From a bacterium (GTDB lineage Bacteria > Patescibacteriota > Patescibacteriia > UBA10025): a stretch of DNA of 64,000 nucleotides. The stretch is from positions 659,710 to 723,709 of the forward strand of contig JAKAGM010000001.1 in assembly GCA_021815445.1 (NCBI GenBank), read 5' to 3'. The number at the start of each line of letters is the position of its first letter. Positions within the stretch are counted from its first letter, which is position 1. Below are positions 10,601-19,981 of this stretch, piece after piece. The position numbers and the translations under genes are program-made. The notes under the pieces are model-generated. The model saw nothing but the letters and a program-made list of their open reading frames with translations. It was not told the DNA's origin and made no database searches.

Positions 10601-13600
10601 CTCGAGCTGGTAAAGACCAGGTCGGCACTCGATGAGGGGATACACGGCTGGCCGGAACAGTCGGAGGGACCGTTTGGACAGCGTTTCTTCAGATCGTTGG
10701 AGCATACGTTTACAGGCGTCAGCGATGCAATCAGCGTGCAGATGCCGTTGATGCAGTCTGAATCTTTCACGCAGGTTGCGCCGGTGTCTGAACACGCCTT
10801 GAGCCCTACGCATGCGCCCGTAATAGGATCGAGTTTGTTGCACGGCTGCCGTTCGAAGCACACTTGTTCCTGGCTTCCTGACGCGGCCTTCACCGTGGTC
10901 CCGGTCTTGCATTCCAGCCAGGTATTACATACCCTGTCGCGCTGGACTTTGACAAGCTGGTTAGAGTCGCAATCGGGGGCCGCCGGAGTCAGGGGATTGT
11001 TGTCGCAAGCTCCTGACGGGACACTCCCGTCATTTGTGCCCTTGGCATAGAATGTCGCCGGCGGAGAGTTTGTGTCGTAAAAAAGTCTGCATCCCTCTTG
11101 CTGGTTGACCACGCCGTTGCACGATTTCGTGTCTGTTGACTGGGCAAGATTGTAGTGCGCCGCACACGATGCTACGGGAACGCAGCTGCCGCCCGCGCAT
11201 TGGGGGTTGGCATTGCTCAGAACGCAGGGATGCCCGACACCGCATATGCCCTCGGGGTTAAGGATGTCGCATTCTTGCGCGTTGTGAGCCCCTCCGTTGC
11301 AGAACGCCGTCGTGTCGCAGAATGCTCCCGGCGAACCGGATGTTGCGCTGCACCGTCCGGCATTCGACTGGCCCGCCGGGATATTAACATCGCATCCTTT
11401 GGGATCGAGAGGATCGCGGTATTCTGTGCATCCGTTCTGCTCGGCGGGGCACGTCCCCACCATTCCGGGCCCCACAGATGAGACCGTGTTTTGCGGGCCG
11501 CAGCCTATGGTCGTGCCGGTAACAAACCAACCAGCCGTTTTGGTGCCCGACGGCGCCACATACTGGCATGTCCTGCCTCCGGGGTCCTTGAAATAGCTCA
11601 ACCCCGTATCGGTCTTGAATTCCTGACATCCGCTCTCTTCCTGGTGGCACAGCGAGGTCGCATATTGGTCGGGATCATTGATCAGATACGTTGTCTGGTA
11701 TCCGCTTACGACATTATCAGCGTTGATTGTCGGCTTGCCCATTTTGGTACAGCCCGCTTGCGCTGCCTGGCATTGCACCGCCGGGTCATTGACCACGGCA
11801 ACGAGCGTATCGCCGGGAATACTGATCGACTGCGGGAAAGGAACCGGCGTGAATGTATGAGATACTACATCATCATGAAGCAGCGTTACATCATTTCCGT
11901 CCACCGTTCCGTCGCCATTCATGTCCATAATAGCCCACGGGTCAGGCCTGTTGATGCCGGGATGGCATGTCTGTCCCGTGCCGCAGACCGCCGTGGGATC
12001 ATCAGGATTGCACGAAGTGGCCGTGTTTGCCAACGGCCCCGTCGTACACCTCCCGTCATAGTAGCTCTCAATGAGCTTAAGGTCTGTCTGGTCGACCACA
12101 AGATCGTTGTTATAGTCTCCGCGCGGCCGTTTCGTGACCTGGACGCTTTGGTCGAAAGGATAATCACCGTTATTCGTCTGGATCATCGCCTCACAGCCGA
12201 CAGCGTCGGATTTGCAGATCTTGGAGAATGATTTGAGATAGGAAACCTGGCCTTCGCGATCACGGTAGGCGCTGCAGTTCTCATATCCGGAACACTGCGT
12301 CGTCGTGCCCTGGACGCGGAAAATATCATCAGTGACTTCCTGCAGCTGGATGTTATCGAGGAAAAACGAATTGTTGCCGCCGATGAAGAGTATACTGCCC
12401 GCGGGGATGTCCTGGTTGACAAAGAGCGGCCCGAGAGAATACTGGTTCCAGTTTCCTTGGCGCGCTATGGCCGTCCCTGAGAATTTCGAGTTAGGAATCA
12501 TGACTCCTGTGCCGTCATACAGCGCGCTCTCAATGCTTGTGTCATTTGCGCCTCCGGCGGCCCAGAAGGTCAGGATGTACGAGTGGTCGCGTTGGATAAG
12601 GGTATCAATGACTGTCGAAGCGCCTGTCGGCAAAGGGAAGACTACCATCGAGTGGCCGCCTGCCTGGGCGGCATTCGTGCTTGGGTTGAGGGCCGGATCC
12701 GCATTGGATGACCATGGCGCGATAGTCCCTCCCTCAAAATCAGATGAAATAATCGTACGGACATTATTCCCCGCCGAGCCCTTGTATTCCCGACAGCCTG
12801 CGAATGCTGCGGAGCATGTCAGGCCTTCCCCGGGTACCATATGGTACGTTACGTTATTACCTGCCGCCGTATCTATAGAATTCTTAAACGGATGGCAGTC
12901 ATCGGAGACAAAGATGAGTTTCGAGCGAAGACGGTAGGTTACCAGCCCCGAAGCATCGTAAAATTCCGTGCAATCAGGGTTCTTTTGGAGATCGTTAACG
13001 GTGCAAACCGCCGCAAGATGATTTTCAACGATACCGTCGCCGTTCTCATCGAACGGGACGCCGTCGACGCAGTTGGGATACCTGTTGGTCGATGAAGGGG
13101 TATCGGGTCCGAGATTCGTACATGGGGCGTAGTTCCCTCCCGCTTCCGCTGTCTCGCTTCTTAGCAGTCTGAACTCTTTGAGCTGGTATCCTGACTCCTC
13201 GTTCCCCACCCATGAATAGTAGCTTTGCGCGTTTGATCCCGCGTCAGCGGGCTTCACGCACTGCCTGATGAAGCTGTAGTACTCCAGTCCCTCGCCGCCC
13301 CGTGCGACTTGGTCAAGATTCGTGTATTCCTCGCAGCCCACCTGGGTCGCCGGGCAGGACTTGCCGGTTGTAGAAACAAATGATACCGGCTCCTTTGCCG
13401 GACGTATCGGGGTATGGTCTATCGGCATCTCGCGGTACGCCTTGCATCCCACAAATGCCGCCGGGCACTGGTCGCATGAGCCCGGATCATTAGGATCGCA
13501 TGATGCTGAGTCGGTAATCTTGCCCGTCACCGGGATGCTCCCGTCAAGCGGAGTGTATAAATTACAGCCGACATCATCCATCGAACAGCTCTTTCTGGCG

Positions 13601-16233
13601 CCGTTAAGATACGTCTTGTTAACCGTCGCATAATCCCCGTATGCAGAGGTCGCTCCGCCTTCCTCGAGCTGGACATCGTCAATAACAATCGTACACCCGT
13701 CGATTGCGTTAATGACGCCGTTGACTCCCGTTCCTTTGAGTCCCCGTGTAAATGTCGCCGTACGGCTGTATCGTTGCCATGCATCCTGCTTATAGGTTAC
13801 CGTCGAGGACGTTAAGCCGTTCTTATCGACAGCCCAGTCTTCATAGGGATTAAAGTTTTCAATATGATTGCCCCCGTCCGCTGACGTCCGGCCATCCGCG
13901 CATTGAGAGAGTTTTGCGTAGTAGGAGAAGGTGAAAGTTCTGCCCCCTACCGGCTGCAGCGAATCAAAAGGAGCGGGCGCATACCATGATGGACCGGGAC
14001 CGCCGATGAGTTTCATGGCGTATGAACCGCTATAGGCGTTCTTGGTCACATCGAGAGACTGGGCGGAATTGCCTATGTCATAACCGTCTAGCGCAGGTCC
14101 GCGATCATCGACCCCGTCGTCAATTTTACTGTCAGTGATAATGGATTTGTCGAAGAATTCAAAGCTCGAATTGCGGGCAAGGTTAGTCCCCAATCCCGGT
14201 TTGGTGCGGATAAACTCAGAGCATCCCGCGGCAGCGACGTCGCACGCCGGTGCATCCCTGTCGAATGCGATCCTATTTTGTTGTCCGGTTGAGCTGAGCC
14301 CGAAGTCGCACGCCCAGTTTCCTTTGCTGTCCTGTTCTTGACAGTACCACTGGCATCCGGCGTTATTTGCGTTACAGCCGTTTTTTTCCGTCGTATTCTG
14401 GAGATACGAGACCGACTGGCCTTTGGGGTTGGTAAACGTCTTGCAGCTTGCGTATTGCGCGTCGCAGGCCTGGCCTTTGAATTGCCAGACGTCCCGCTCC
14501 TCGGTGCAGTAGCCGTAGCGCTGGCACGAGCCGTCAGGGTTCTCAATGATGCAGGTCTGCTGGTCGACACAGCCCGTCTGCCGCGTTACCTGCTCTTCGC
14601 GGGGGGTAACGTCGGCTTTGTCGACTGTTCCTTGGGTTGCGAGCTGTTCATCGCCATTCTGATCCACCCAGTTTTGCGTGAGAGTTTGCTCGGTTGCCCC
14701 TTCGCGCTTGCAAAAGACTTCGGGAGCTTTGAGAGTCCAATTCGGATCGACGAGTCCGCAGAAAGGCGAATACGAAATTGTCTCGGAGCACGTGCCATCA
14801 GGCGCGCCGTCGCCATTGGTGTCAGGGCATACAAGGTCGCTCGAGCAGGTCTTTGTCTTGTCATTTGAACACACCTTTTGGCCGCAGTTGTTGAATTTGT
14901 CGGCGACTTCTTTGAGGGAGAAACTGCTCTTGGAAAAATTCTTGATATATTCCGCGGCGAGTTCCCACCCGACAGGAATGATTCTGTAGGTCCTCAAGAT
15001 GACAAGGGAACGGTACGGGTAGCCATTGATGTACTCAGGCTCCTGCCCGTCGGCGTTGTAGCCAAAAGCCTTATTGCCGTCCAGAAGTCCGGCGTCCATC
15101 GCCTCCCGCAAGGTGAGCTTCTGCTGGATCGCCTGCGCGAAGCGGTTATCAATGATGCAGTTGCTGTAGCCCGGGTTTGACGGACAGCTCGCGAGGTCGC
15201 TGACCACGTCCACAGTACCTCCGGTAAGATAATCCGGCTGGGCCAAGGTCGAAAAAATACTTTTTGCAGTTGCGATACCGCCGCCCTGGGTGTTGAAAAG
15301 CTGGGAAAAGAATCCCGCGTTTGTCCCGGGATTAAACCCTTGGCTTGATGAAAAAATTCTCTGTAGAAGCTTCGAGACTAGCGTATTTGAAAATACCCCG
15401 AAAGCGTCAGCAAGAGGGGTGCCAGTCTGCTTAGTTACCGCCTCGAAAGACTGCTGTAGCGGGAGCGTAGCGGCATACTCAATGAAACTTGCTGGCGTTT
15501 TAACCTCTCCTGTTATGGGAGACACCACTGATTTGAATCCTGTGATACCAGTAAAGAGCGCGCTGTCCCTCTGCTTTTGCTTGGCCTCCTCCTGGTTCTT
15601 AATAAGATCGTTTTTTATCTGGAGAAAACCACCAAATTCGTTCTGCTCAGGATTAAAATTGTATGAAAAGTCAATGAGTACTTGATTGGTATTTTTCTGG
15701 TAGCTTTTATCCAGGTTGTTCCCGATCTTTGTTACAGTACACTTCCCGCCGAGCTGGGTCGGCTCTCGCAACTTCTGCGCGAAAATTCCCAGCTGCACTT
15801 TGGTCTGGAGATCAATCGGTTCGCAAAGATTTTTGCCAAAATAGCTTGTCGAGAGTGTATTGAGGAAATCCCCTCCCGCGGCGTCACCGATATCCTGGAT
15901 CACCTGCAGCGGTTTCGTATAAAAGAGAGGCTTCTGCCCTGTCCCTCCCGAGGCAATGTATATCGCCGTATCGTATGCCACTCTATTAAGGAAGTTACGG
16001 AGTGCGTTCTTATACGCAAGGTCTGCAGCCGTTTTTAAAGCTTTTGTGATTGCGTTGTCTCTCTTCAGAGCAAGATTCTCAAGTATTATTACCATCGAGG
16101 GACTTACCCCAATCTGCGCTTGCGCTCGATCAGTAAATATTCCAGTCGTCACGCCGATGACACTGATGAAAATTGCAGCGATGATCAATCTCTGGAAATG
16201 CTTTTTTGTACGTCCTGAGAATCGAGAGCTCAT
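7636..16233 (-). CDS. giant (2865 aa) cysteine-rich extracellular/surface protein
   Basis: Uninterrupted 8.6-kb ORF with an N-terminal signal-anchor (IIAAIFISVIGVTTGIF). Very many Cys in EGF/knottin-like spacing. Dockerin-like Ca-binding repeats (DVNGDG, NNDLVVDQTDLKLIESYY, DMNGDGTVDGNDVTLL). At least two beta-sandwich CBM/laminin-G-like modules. Confidence 0.8.
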   Translation of the reverse strand: MSSRFSGRTKKHFQRLIIAAIFISVIGVTTGIFTDRAQAQIGVSPSMVIILENLALKRDNAITKALKTAADLAYKNALRNFLNRVAYDTAIYIASGGTGQKPLFYTKPLQVIQDIGDAAGGDFLNTLSTSYFGKNLCEPIDLQTKVQLGIFAQKLREPTQLGGKCTVTKIGNNLDKSYQKNTNQVLIDFSYNFNPEQNEFGGFLQIKNDLIKNQEEAKQKQRDSALFTGITGFKSVVSPITGEVKTPASFIEYAATLPLQQSFEAVTKQTGTPLADAFGVFSNTLVSKLLQRIFSSSQGFNPGTNAGFFSQLFNTQGGGIATAKSIFSTLAQPDYLTGGTVDVVSDLASCPSNPGYSNCIIDNRFAQAIQQKLTLREAMDAGLLDGNKAFGYNADGQEPEYINGYPYRSLVILRTYRIIPVGWELAAEYIKNFSKSSFSLKEVADKFNNCGQKVCSNDKTKTCSSDLVCPDTNGDGAPDGTCSETISYSPFCGLVDPNWTLKAPEVFCKREGATEQTLTQNWVDQNGDEQLATQGTVDKADVTPREEQVTRQTGCVDQQTCIIENPDGSCQRYGYCTEERDVWQFKGQACDAQYASCKTFTNPKGQSVSYLQNTTEKNGCNANNAGCQWYCQEQDSKGNWACDFGLSSTGQQNRIAFDRDAPACDVAAAGCSEFIRTKPGLGTNLARNSSFEFFDKSIITDSKIDDGVDDRGPALDGYDIGNSAQSLDVTKNAYSGSYAMKLIGGPGPSWYAPAPFDSLQPVGGRTFTFSYYAKLSQCADGRTSADGGNHIENFNPYEDWAVDKNGLTSSTVTYKQDAWQRYSRTATFTRGLKGTGVNGVINAIDGCTIVIDDVQLEEGGATSAYGDYATVNKTYLNGARKSCSMDDVGCNLYTPLDGSIPVTGKITDSASCDPNDPGSCDQCPAAFVGCKAYREMPIDHTPIRPAKEPVSFVSTTGKSCPATQVGCEEYTNLDQVARGGEGLEYYSFIRQCVKPADAGSNAQSYYSWVGNEESGYQLKEFRLLRSETAEAGGNYAPCTNLGPDTPSSTNRYPNCVDGVPFDENGDGIVENHLAAVCTVNDLQKNPDCTEFYDASGLVTYRLRSKLIFVSDDCHPFKNSIDTAAGNNVTYHMVPGEGLTCSAAFAGCREYKGSAGNNVRTIISSDFEGGTIAPWSSNADPALNPSTNAAQAGGHSMVVFPLPTGASTVIDTLIQRDHSYILTFWAAGGANDTSIESALYDGTGVMIPNSKFSGTAIARQGNWNQYSLGPLFVNQDIPAGSILFIGGNNSFFLDNIQLQEVTDDIFRVQGTTTQCSGYENCSAYRDREGQVSYLKSFSKICKSDAVGCEAMIQTNNGDYPFDQSVQVTKRPRGDYNNDLVVDQTDLKLIESYYDGRCTTGPLANTATSCNPDDPTAVCGTGQTCHPGINRPDPWAIMDMNGDGTVDGNDVTLLHDDVVSHTFTPVPFPQSISIPGDTLVAVVNDPAVQCQAAQAGCTKMGKPTINADNVVSGYQTTYLINDPDQYATSLCHQEESGCQEFKTDTGLSYFKDPGGRTCQYVAPSGTKTAGWFVTGTTIGCGPQNTVSSVGPGMVGTCPAEQNGCTEYRDPLDPKGCDVNIPAGQSNAGRCSATSGSPGAFCDTTAFCNGGAHNAQECDILNPEGICGVGHPCVLSNANPQCAGGSCVPVASCAAHYNLAQSTDTKSCNGVVNQQEGCRLFYDTNSPPATFYAKGTNDGSVPSGACDNNPLTPAAPDCDSNQLVKVQRDRVCNTWLECKTGTTVKAASGSQEQVCFERQPCNKLDPITGACVGLKACSDTGATCVKDSDCINGICTLIASLTPVNVCSNDLKKRCPNGPSDCSGQPCIPSSSADLVFTSSSDQTNNISKMQNISGLAKAGVNWGFLNVCTNDLSKQCSNDGECGGGKCGIDRLIGGDYPYAVMHELGTFGSTTKDLIKDGDFWDSNYMMSQEIKPNDSTTQWKGGETYRGWTAIGADTKVALTERSDDGSIPGNPLLNENNVLAVHPGSGMWDGVSYNLGNKIQNKAEYSISMKQEYEQGNATQRDVIQVEFEYLDVTGNRIGIDSFGWLTGSTSWQEYVVGNVTTNIPVGTVKTLLKIIQGPSHCTADPTNINLCSTDSSPVNNGPSVILCLARPPVGSTCAGSERTFYLDDVSLKPVLGVQSGSNTGPFSTPDKLTRTCRMYPRDDSKLCEYTDFDGVQYRGWKGYCIEKDPKNPDICINWWPIDIISGESSIFGQEQQAGYQERTPLYFCELARGNSQIPLPSSTLPATPGYVLNTRINAVAPCYDGDPCVYAKLTNDCSGTSYTIMNVAPTDVPFQGANLILSGDDYASNCMTDSTNASKFICDTPGSTAITDPRIIPANAAEKAINRTDIEAIKVTLNSKVREWNNESFYIKPDSFYQNNPKIWHGGTTEEGFDFNYTPQCSAEHAPMGFGMRVRFDDNGFVLGYDVRAGLPKSGPSAITIVINYQLREPCDQIVKVAGDEVVSWANRVSNGSGYQTQLNNNYGYNADLAPFGAIPPLVGTPADWFGKEHNTPLYVQVPYADKTKRSSQTRAGLPYACDGKTPVGPVFTQSICGQAICMGGDFNGSDCKTLEAQRNCENKGGYCSGILPPVTVTESLNPVHDAEYTLRRLFAIAYEGWVWDNTKGQYVRDDFTTDVTSWQTQFDNMSICPNNQRPAPPSDYCAVQPAVTNFILTVNGKDYSNASAPAGGWTIPGVTIGSTIKMSFTENVDKEQMPLDTILIDWDGKDGSVPSDNQGSMAWGFAPRSDPKNPNTFFYTVTKTGDYTPRVEIIDHWGAGSNVCISVGGSCTFVGQRPGTRQASSSGKPDDSVGWYGFNGVIKVTD

Positions 16234-16257
16234 GTACGTTTCATGAGATAATAATAT

Positions 16258-17136
16258 TTACTGACTTGCCTGCTGAAGCGCCTGCTGGAAGACGAGTTTC
16301 AGCGTCGCATCGTCCATGCCATTGAGCGTAGTTTGATCGACGCCCGACTGAACGAGGAAGGTTCGAATTTCACTCGGAGAAAGGTTGCTCAGACTTGCGT
16401 AAAAGTTTGCTTCAGCGGAATTGGTGCCTGCATTTGTTGAAGCGGTATTTGTGAAAGAAGTGTTTGCAAAAAGGGAGGAATTTGCCGCCAGGTTGGAAGC
16501 GGAAGTATTCGTCGCCGCATTTGCATTCGTCGTATTGCTTTCTGCGACAGTCTGGCTATACAGATTGAGAAGATCGGCGTCAGTGAGATTATCTATGACA
16601 GTTTGGGGCGCACCTGCGTCTTTTAAGGCCTTTCTCAGCGTATCGAGCGGGACAGTATCCGTCACAGCCGTCTGGTTTACGTTCCCGGAGTTTGTCTGGG
16701 CATTGCTATTGGCCGTATTCACGGGCTGACGGCAGGTCTTGCCTTCCGGACAGTTCGGATCAGTGCCCCTGGCAATTTCGTCCTTGTCAGATATCCCGTC
16801 GCTGTCCGAATCGGCGAGATACGGGCTGGTATGGTAGACATATAGCTCGTCATAATCGCTTAAACCGTCGCCATCGGTATCTTTGGTTTTTAAGCTTTCA
16901 AGCGATGCGGTGTTAGTCTCAGCTACCTGCGTGTTTGTTTGATTCGCAACTGGAGGCAGAAAAGGAGACTTTAAGCCTTGAAAGAATGCCACCACGCCAA
17001 AAGCGAGCGCGGCGACGCCTATGCCAAGTATGGAGCCAAAGATGATTTTACGGCGCTTCAGCTCTTCCGGCGTCCCGTCGGGTTGTCCTGGCAATTGATC
17101 GCCGGGACCCTCAAATTTGTTGTCATCTGACTCCAC
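16258..17136 (-). CDS. membrane-anchored protein with thrombospondin type-3-like Ca-binding repeats
   Basis: 292 aa. N-terminal TM (IIFGSILGIGVAALAFGVVAFF). Motifs DTDGDGLSDYDE and DSDSDGISDKDE. Asn/Thr-rich C-terminal tail. First gene of the long minus-strand operon. Confidence 0.7.
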   Translation of the reverse strand: MESDDNKFEGPGDQLPGQPDGTPEELKRRKIIFGSILGIGVAALAFGVVAFFQGLKSPFLPPVANQTNTQVAETNTASLESLKTKDTDGDGLSDYDELYVYHTSPYLADSDSDGISDKDEIARGTDPNCPEGKTCRQPVNTANSNAQTNSGNVNQTAVTDTVPLDTLRKALKDAGAPQTVIDNLTDADLLNLYSQTVAESNTTNANAATNTSASNLAANSSLFANTSFTNTASTNAGTNSAEANFYASLSNLSPSEIRTFLVQSGVDQTTLNGMDDATLKLVFQQALQQASQ

Positions 17137-17195
17137 AGATTTCTGCTCAAAAAGTAACGTTTTTTCTCCGAGGTTAGAGTTGTTTTGATGCCAAC

Positions 17196-17224
17196 ATTAT
17201 ATCAGAGATAGGGTCAAAAGTCAA
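17196..17224 (-). promoter_or_regulatory. near-consensus sigma70-type promoter (TTGACT-17 bp-TATAAT) for the T4SS-like operon
   Basis: Read on the minus strand: TTGACT at 17224-17219, 17-nt spacer, TATAAT at 17201-17196. About 60 bp upstream of the ATG at 17136. Confidence 0.45.
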
Positions 17225-17300
17225 ACGCGCCTACAGCCCTATTTTGGCAATAAACTGGAACTTAGGAACTCTTCCGGTATTTCGTTTTGGATACCCTGAA

Positions 17301-18146
17301 TTAACCGGTTTTCAAGCCGCTAATTTCGAGAACCAGCTCGGCCCACTGCTCAAGAGTGAGCTCCTGCGCGCGGGCAAGCCGCGGAATGCCCGCAGAACTC
17401 AGGGCGTGATGCGCATCATCGGATGAAAGGCGCAGTACAGCAGCGAGATTATTGACCAGCTTCTTTCTCCTTGCGCTAAAGCCCGCTTTAACCACGCGGA
17501 AAAAGTCTCTTTCGGCAATCTGAGGGAATTTCCACTGGGGGGCATCGAGGACAACAAGCGCTGATTCTACCGCCGGCTCAGGCCAGAAACTCGATTGAGC
17601 TATGGTGCGCACGAGGCGGGGATTCGCATAGGCCTGAGCCATAATGCTGAGAACGCTCGTATCCCCCGCGGACGCCGTCAACCGTTCGGCAACCTCTTTT
17701 TGCAAAAGGACTGTCATCTGGACCGGTTTCGGCGACAGCTCCAGGAATACACGAAGAACGTGTGAAGCGATATTGTACGGCAAGTTAGCTACAATTGCAT
17801 ACGGCTTTGAGGCGACTACTGCCGTGCTGGCGCGCAGCCACCTGAAAATGTCGTCATGGACTACATGGACATGCGGGTAAGCGGAAAATTTCCCCTGGAG
17901 AACCTGAGCGAGCTTGGCATCAAGCTCTATAGCGAATACTTCCCGGGATCCTTCTGCAAGTCTCTCGGTGAGCACGCCGAAGCCGGGGCCTATCTCAATG
18001 ACAGCGCACAAGGAAGGAAGCGCAGCAACACGCACGATATCATCTAAAACCGCCGCATCCACGAGAAAATGCTGGCCGAGCTCGCGCGCCGGCTTAATGC
18101 CGTAGATCCTGCATAGTTCCCGGGTCTTTTTTTTGAGATCGGTCAT
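17301..18146 (-). CDS. rsmA: 16S rRNA (adenine1518/1519-N6)-dimethyltransferase
   Basis: Motifs GQHFLVD, IEIGPGFGVLT and NLPYNIAS typical of KsgA/RsmA. Likely start MTDLKKK at 18146, overlapping the stop of the upstream MFS gene by 4 bp (ATGA). The ORF-track start at 18218 is probably an overextension. Confidence 0.85.
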   Translation of the reverse strand: MTDLKKKTRELCRIYGIKPARELGQHFLVDAAVLDDIVRVAALPSLCAVIEIGPGFGVLTERLAEGSREVFAIELDAKLAQVLQGKFSAYPHVHVVHDDIFRWLRASTAVVASKPYAIVANLPYNIASHVLRVFLELSPKPVQMTVLLQKEVAERLTASAGDTSVLSIMAQAYANPRLVRTIAQSSFWPEPAVESALVVLDAPQWKFPQIAERDFFRVVKAGFSARRKKLVNNLAAVLRLSSDDAHHALSSAGIPRLARAQELTLEQWAELVLEISGLKTG

Positions 18147-19321
18147 GCGATACTTCGCCGGATTCCTCGCAAGTAAAGAAGTGAAAATAGCGCCGCAATA
18201 AGGAATATCGGCCCCCATGGATCGCGGAAAACTGCGATGAGGACAAGCGCGCCGGCAGCGCCGAGAATTTTGCCTATCGAGAGCGCCTGTTCAAAAAATA
18301 TCATTGAGCCGACCACCTTTGTCCTGTCAGCCTGTTCATAGAGATCTGTCATGAGCGGGACATAGAGCATATTTTTCGTCAGGCGTGACAGCGCATCAAC
18401 AAAAAAGACGAGCCCGCTCGTCACGACAATCAGCCTCAGGAGCCATGCGAGCACGTAACCCAGCGTACCGGTGCGCGAGACTGCCCCGCGCGAACTCGTG
18501 TCAGTCTTCTTGCCTATGACGAGTACTATGAGCATGGTAATCAGCGTTGCTCCGGCAATAAGTGAGCCGATAACGGCATAGTTGTGGATGACAACGTAGA
18601 TAAAAATGGGCCAAACGACAAGTACGAGCAGCTCTTCACCGAATCCAAGGTACCTCACAAGCTTAGATCGCTGGCTTTTTTCCTTAAGGTGAGACAATAT
18701 TCCGGTATATGTTTCCCGCTCAAGAGTATGTATTTCTTTGATATGCAATAGAGGAAGCGCGGAGAGAAAAAACAGGATGCCCGCAATCAAAAAAAGGAAG
18801 GGGAAGCCAAGCCATAATGCGACCACCCCGCCGATAAGCGGTCCGATAATGTACATGATGGAGCTAAGAGCCAGCAAACTTCCAACTTCGCGTCCCTGCT
18901 GTCCGGTATCGGAAAAAAGCAGAAAATCCACGTGATAAGCGGGCCAATATAGAAGTTTCTGCGCCACGAGCATAAGCGGAGCGATAAAGAGGAAAATAAT
19001 TGAAAATGCGGCGCCAAAAAGACATAGGAAATACCCTATAAGGAAGAACTGGCTGTAGAAAATTGAGTGTTCCACTCCGATCCGGGACAGGATACGGACT
19101 ACCAGCGGCAGAAAAAGAAAATACAACAGGTAAACAGCCAGGTAAAACACCATTACCAGGCTGAGCGAGTGGCGAAGCGTGTAGAGATAGACAGGCTCGA
19201 AAATGAGCACAGAGGCGAGCCCGAGATCCATGAAACCGACAGACCACGCGAGGGAGATAAACTTTCGCGAGACGTGCTTCGAAAAATAATGGGGCAAATG
19301 CAGTCTGATTCTCTCGAGCAT
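18143..19321 (-). CDS. MFS-type transporter
   Basis: 392 aa with ~12 hydrophobic helices in a 6+6 arrangement and a central loop. Confidence 0.7.
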   Translation of the reverse strand: MLERIRLHLPHYFSKHVSRKFISLAWSVGFMDLGLASVLIFEPVYLYTLRHSLSLVMVFYLAVYLLYFLFLPLVVRILSRIGVEHSIFYSQFFLIGYFLCLFGAAFSIIFLFIAPLMLVAQKLLYWPAYHVDFLLFSDTGQQGREVGSLLALSSIMYIIGPLIGGVVALWLGFPFLFLIAGILFFLSALPLLHIKEIHTLERETYTGILSHLKEKSQRSKLVRYLGFGEELLVLVVWPIFIYVVIHNYAVIGSLIAGATLITMLIVLVIGKKTDTSSRGAVSRTGTLGYVLAWLLRLIVVTSGLVFFVDALSRLTKNMLYVPLMTDLYEQADRTKVVGSMIFFEQALSIGKILGAAGALVLIAVFRDPWGPIFLIAALFSLLYLRGIRRSIA

Positions 19322-19328
19322 GAATTTC

Positions 19329-19943
19329 TTAGATAGCTATCTTGACCGGCCCCTCCCTCATCACGATAGGTTTGCCTTTTGTCGAATCGACAACCGTTGA
19401 AACGGCAATTTCGGGGAGCGTCCCCGCGTCGATCAGGAGGTCGGGCCGGGGCTCAGTGTCGCGAAATTGTCTGAGAACGTCATCAATCGTATAATTATTT
19501 TTCATTCCCGAGAGGTTCGCACTCGTCGTGGTGATAGGGCGCCCAAGCGCCCTTACGAGAGCTAAGGCAACCGGAGAATTAGGAATTTTCACTCCGATAG
19601 TCGGTAAGCCCAGTGTAAGCGCGGACGAAATCTGCGGCTGTTTTTTAAAAATAATGGTCAAGGGAGCGGGCCAATATTTTTTGCCCAGCTTGAGACCGAG
19701 AGGGTTGGTCACGGCAACCTGTTTAAGCATAGTAAAATTGGCGACGATTACAGGCAAGGGCTTCTGGATGCGCTTTTTGATTATAAAAATCCTCCCGACC
19801 GCATCTTCATTCAGGGCGTCTGCGCCGAGTCCATAGGCTGTATCGGTTGGATATACGACAATTCCCCCTTGTTTCAAGACGTTCACCGCTTTTTCAATGA
19901 CGTCATGGGGAATCTTTGAACTTTGAATTTTTACAATATCCAT
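19329..19943 (-). CDS. tsaC: L-threonylcarbamoyladenylate synthase (YrdC/TsaC family)
   Basis: VVYPTDTAYGLGADA, PLTII, LGLPTIGVKIPNSP and TSANLSG motifs. Start taken at MDIVKIQ (19943) because the longer track ORF (to 20177) would overlap the Nramp gene. Confidence 0.8.
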   Translation of the reverse strand: MDIVKIQSSKIPHDVIEKAVNVLKQGGIVVYPTDTAYGLGADALNEDAVGRIFIIKKRIQKPLPVIVANFTMLKQVAVTNPLGLKLGKKYWPAPLTIIFKKQPQISSALTLGLPTIGVKIPNSPVALALVRALGRPITTTSANLSGMKNNYTIDDVLRQFRDTEPRPDLLIDAGTLPEIAVSTVVDSTKGKPIVMREGPVKIAI

Positions 19944-19981
19944 ATCGTATACATATATTCTAGCATAAAAAAGGGGGCGGC

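Noticed and set aside
10454-12937. Several 200-250-aa plus-strand ORFs (10454-11050, 11491-12231, 12305-12937) inside the giant Cys-rich gene
   Set aside because: All antisense to the 8.6-kb ORF. They reflect GC-rich codon bias of the opposite strand, with no motifs.
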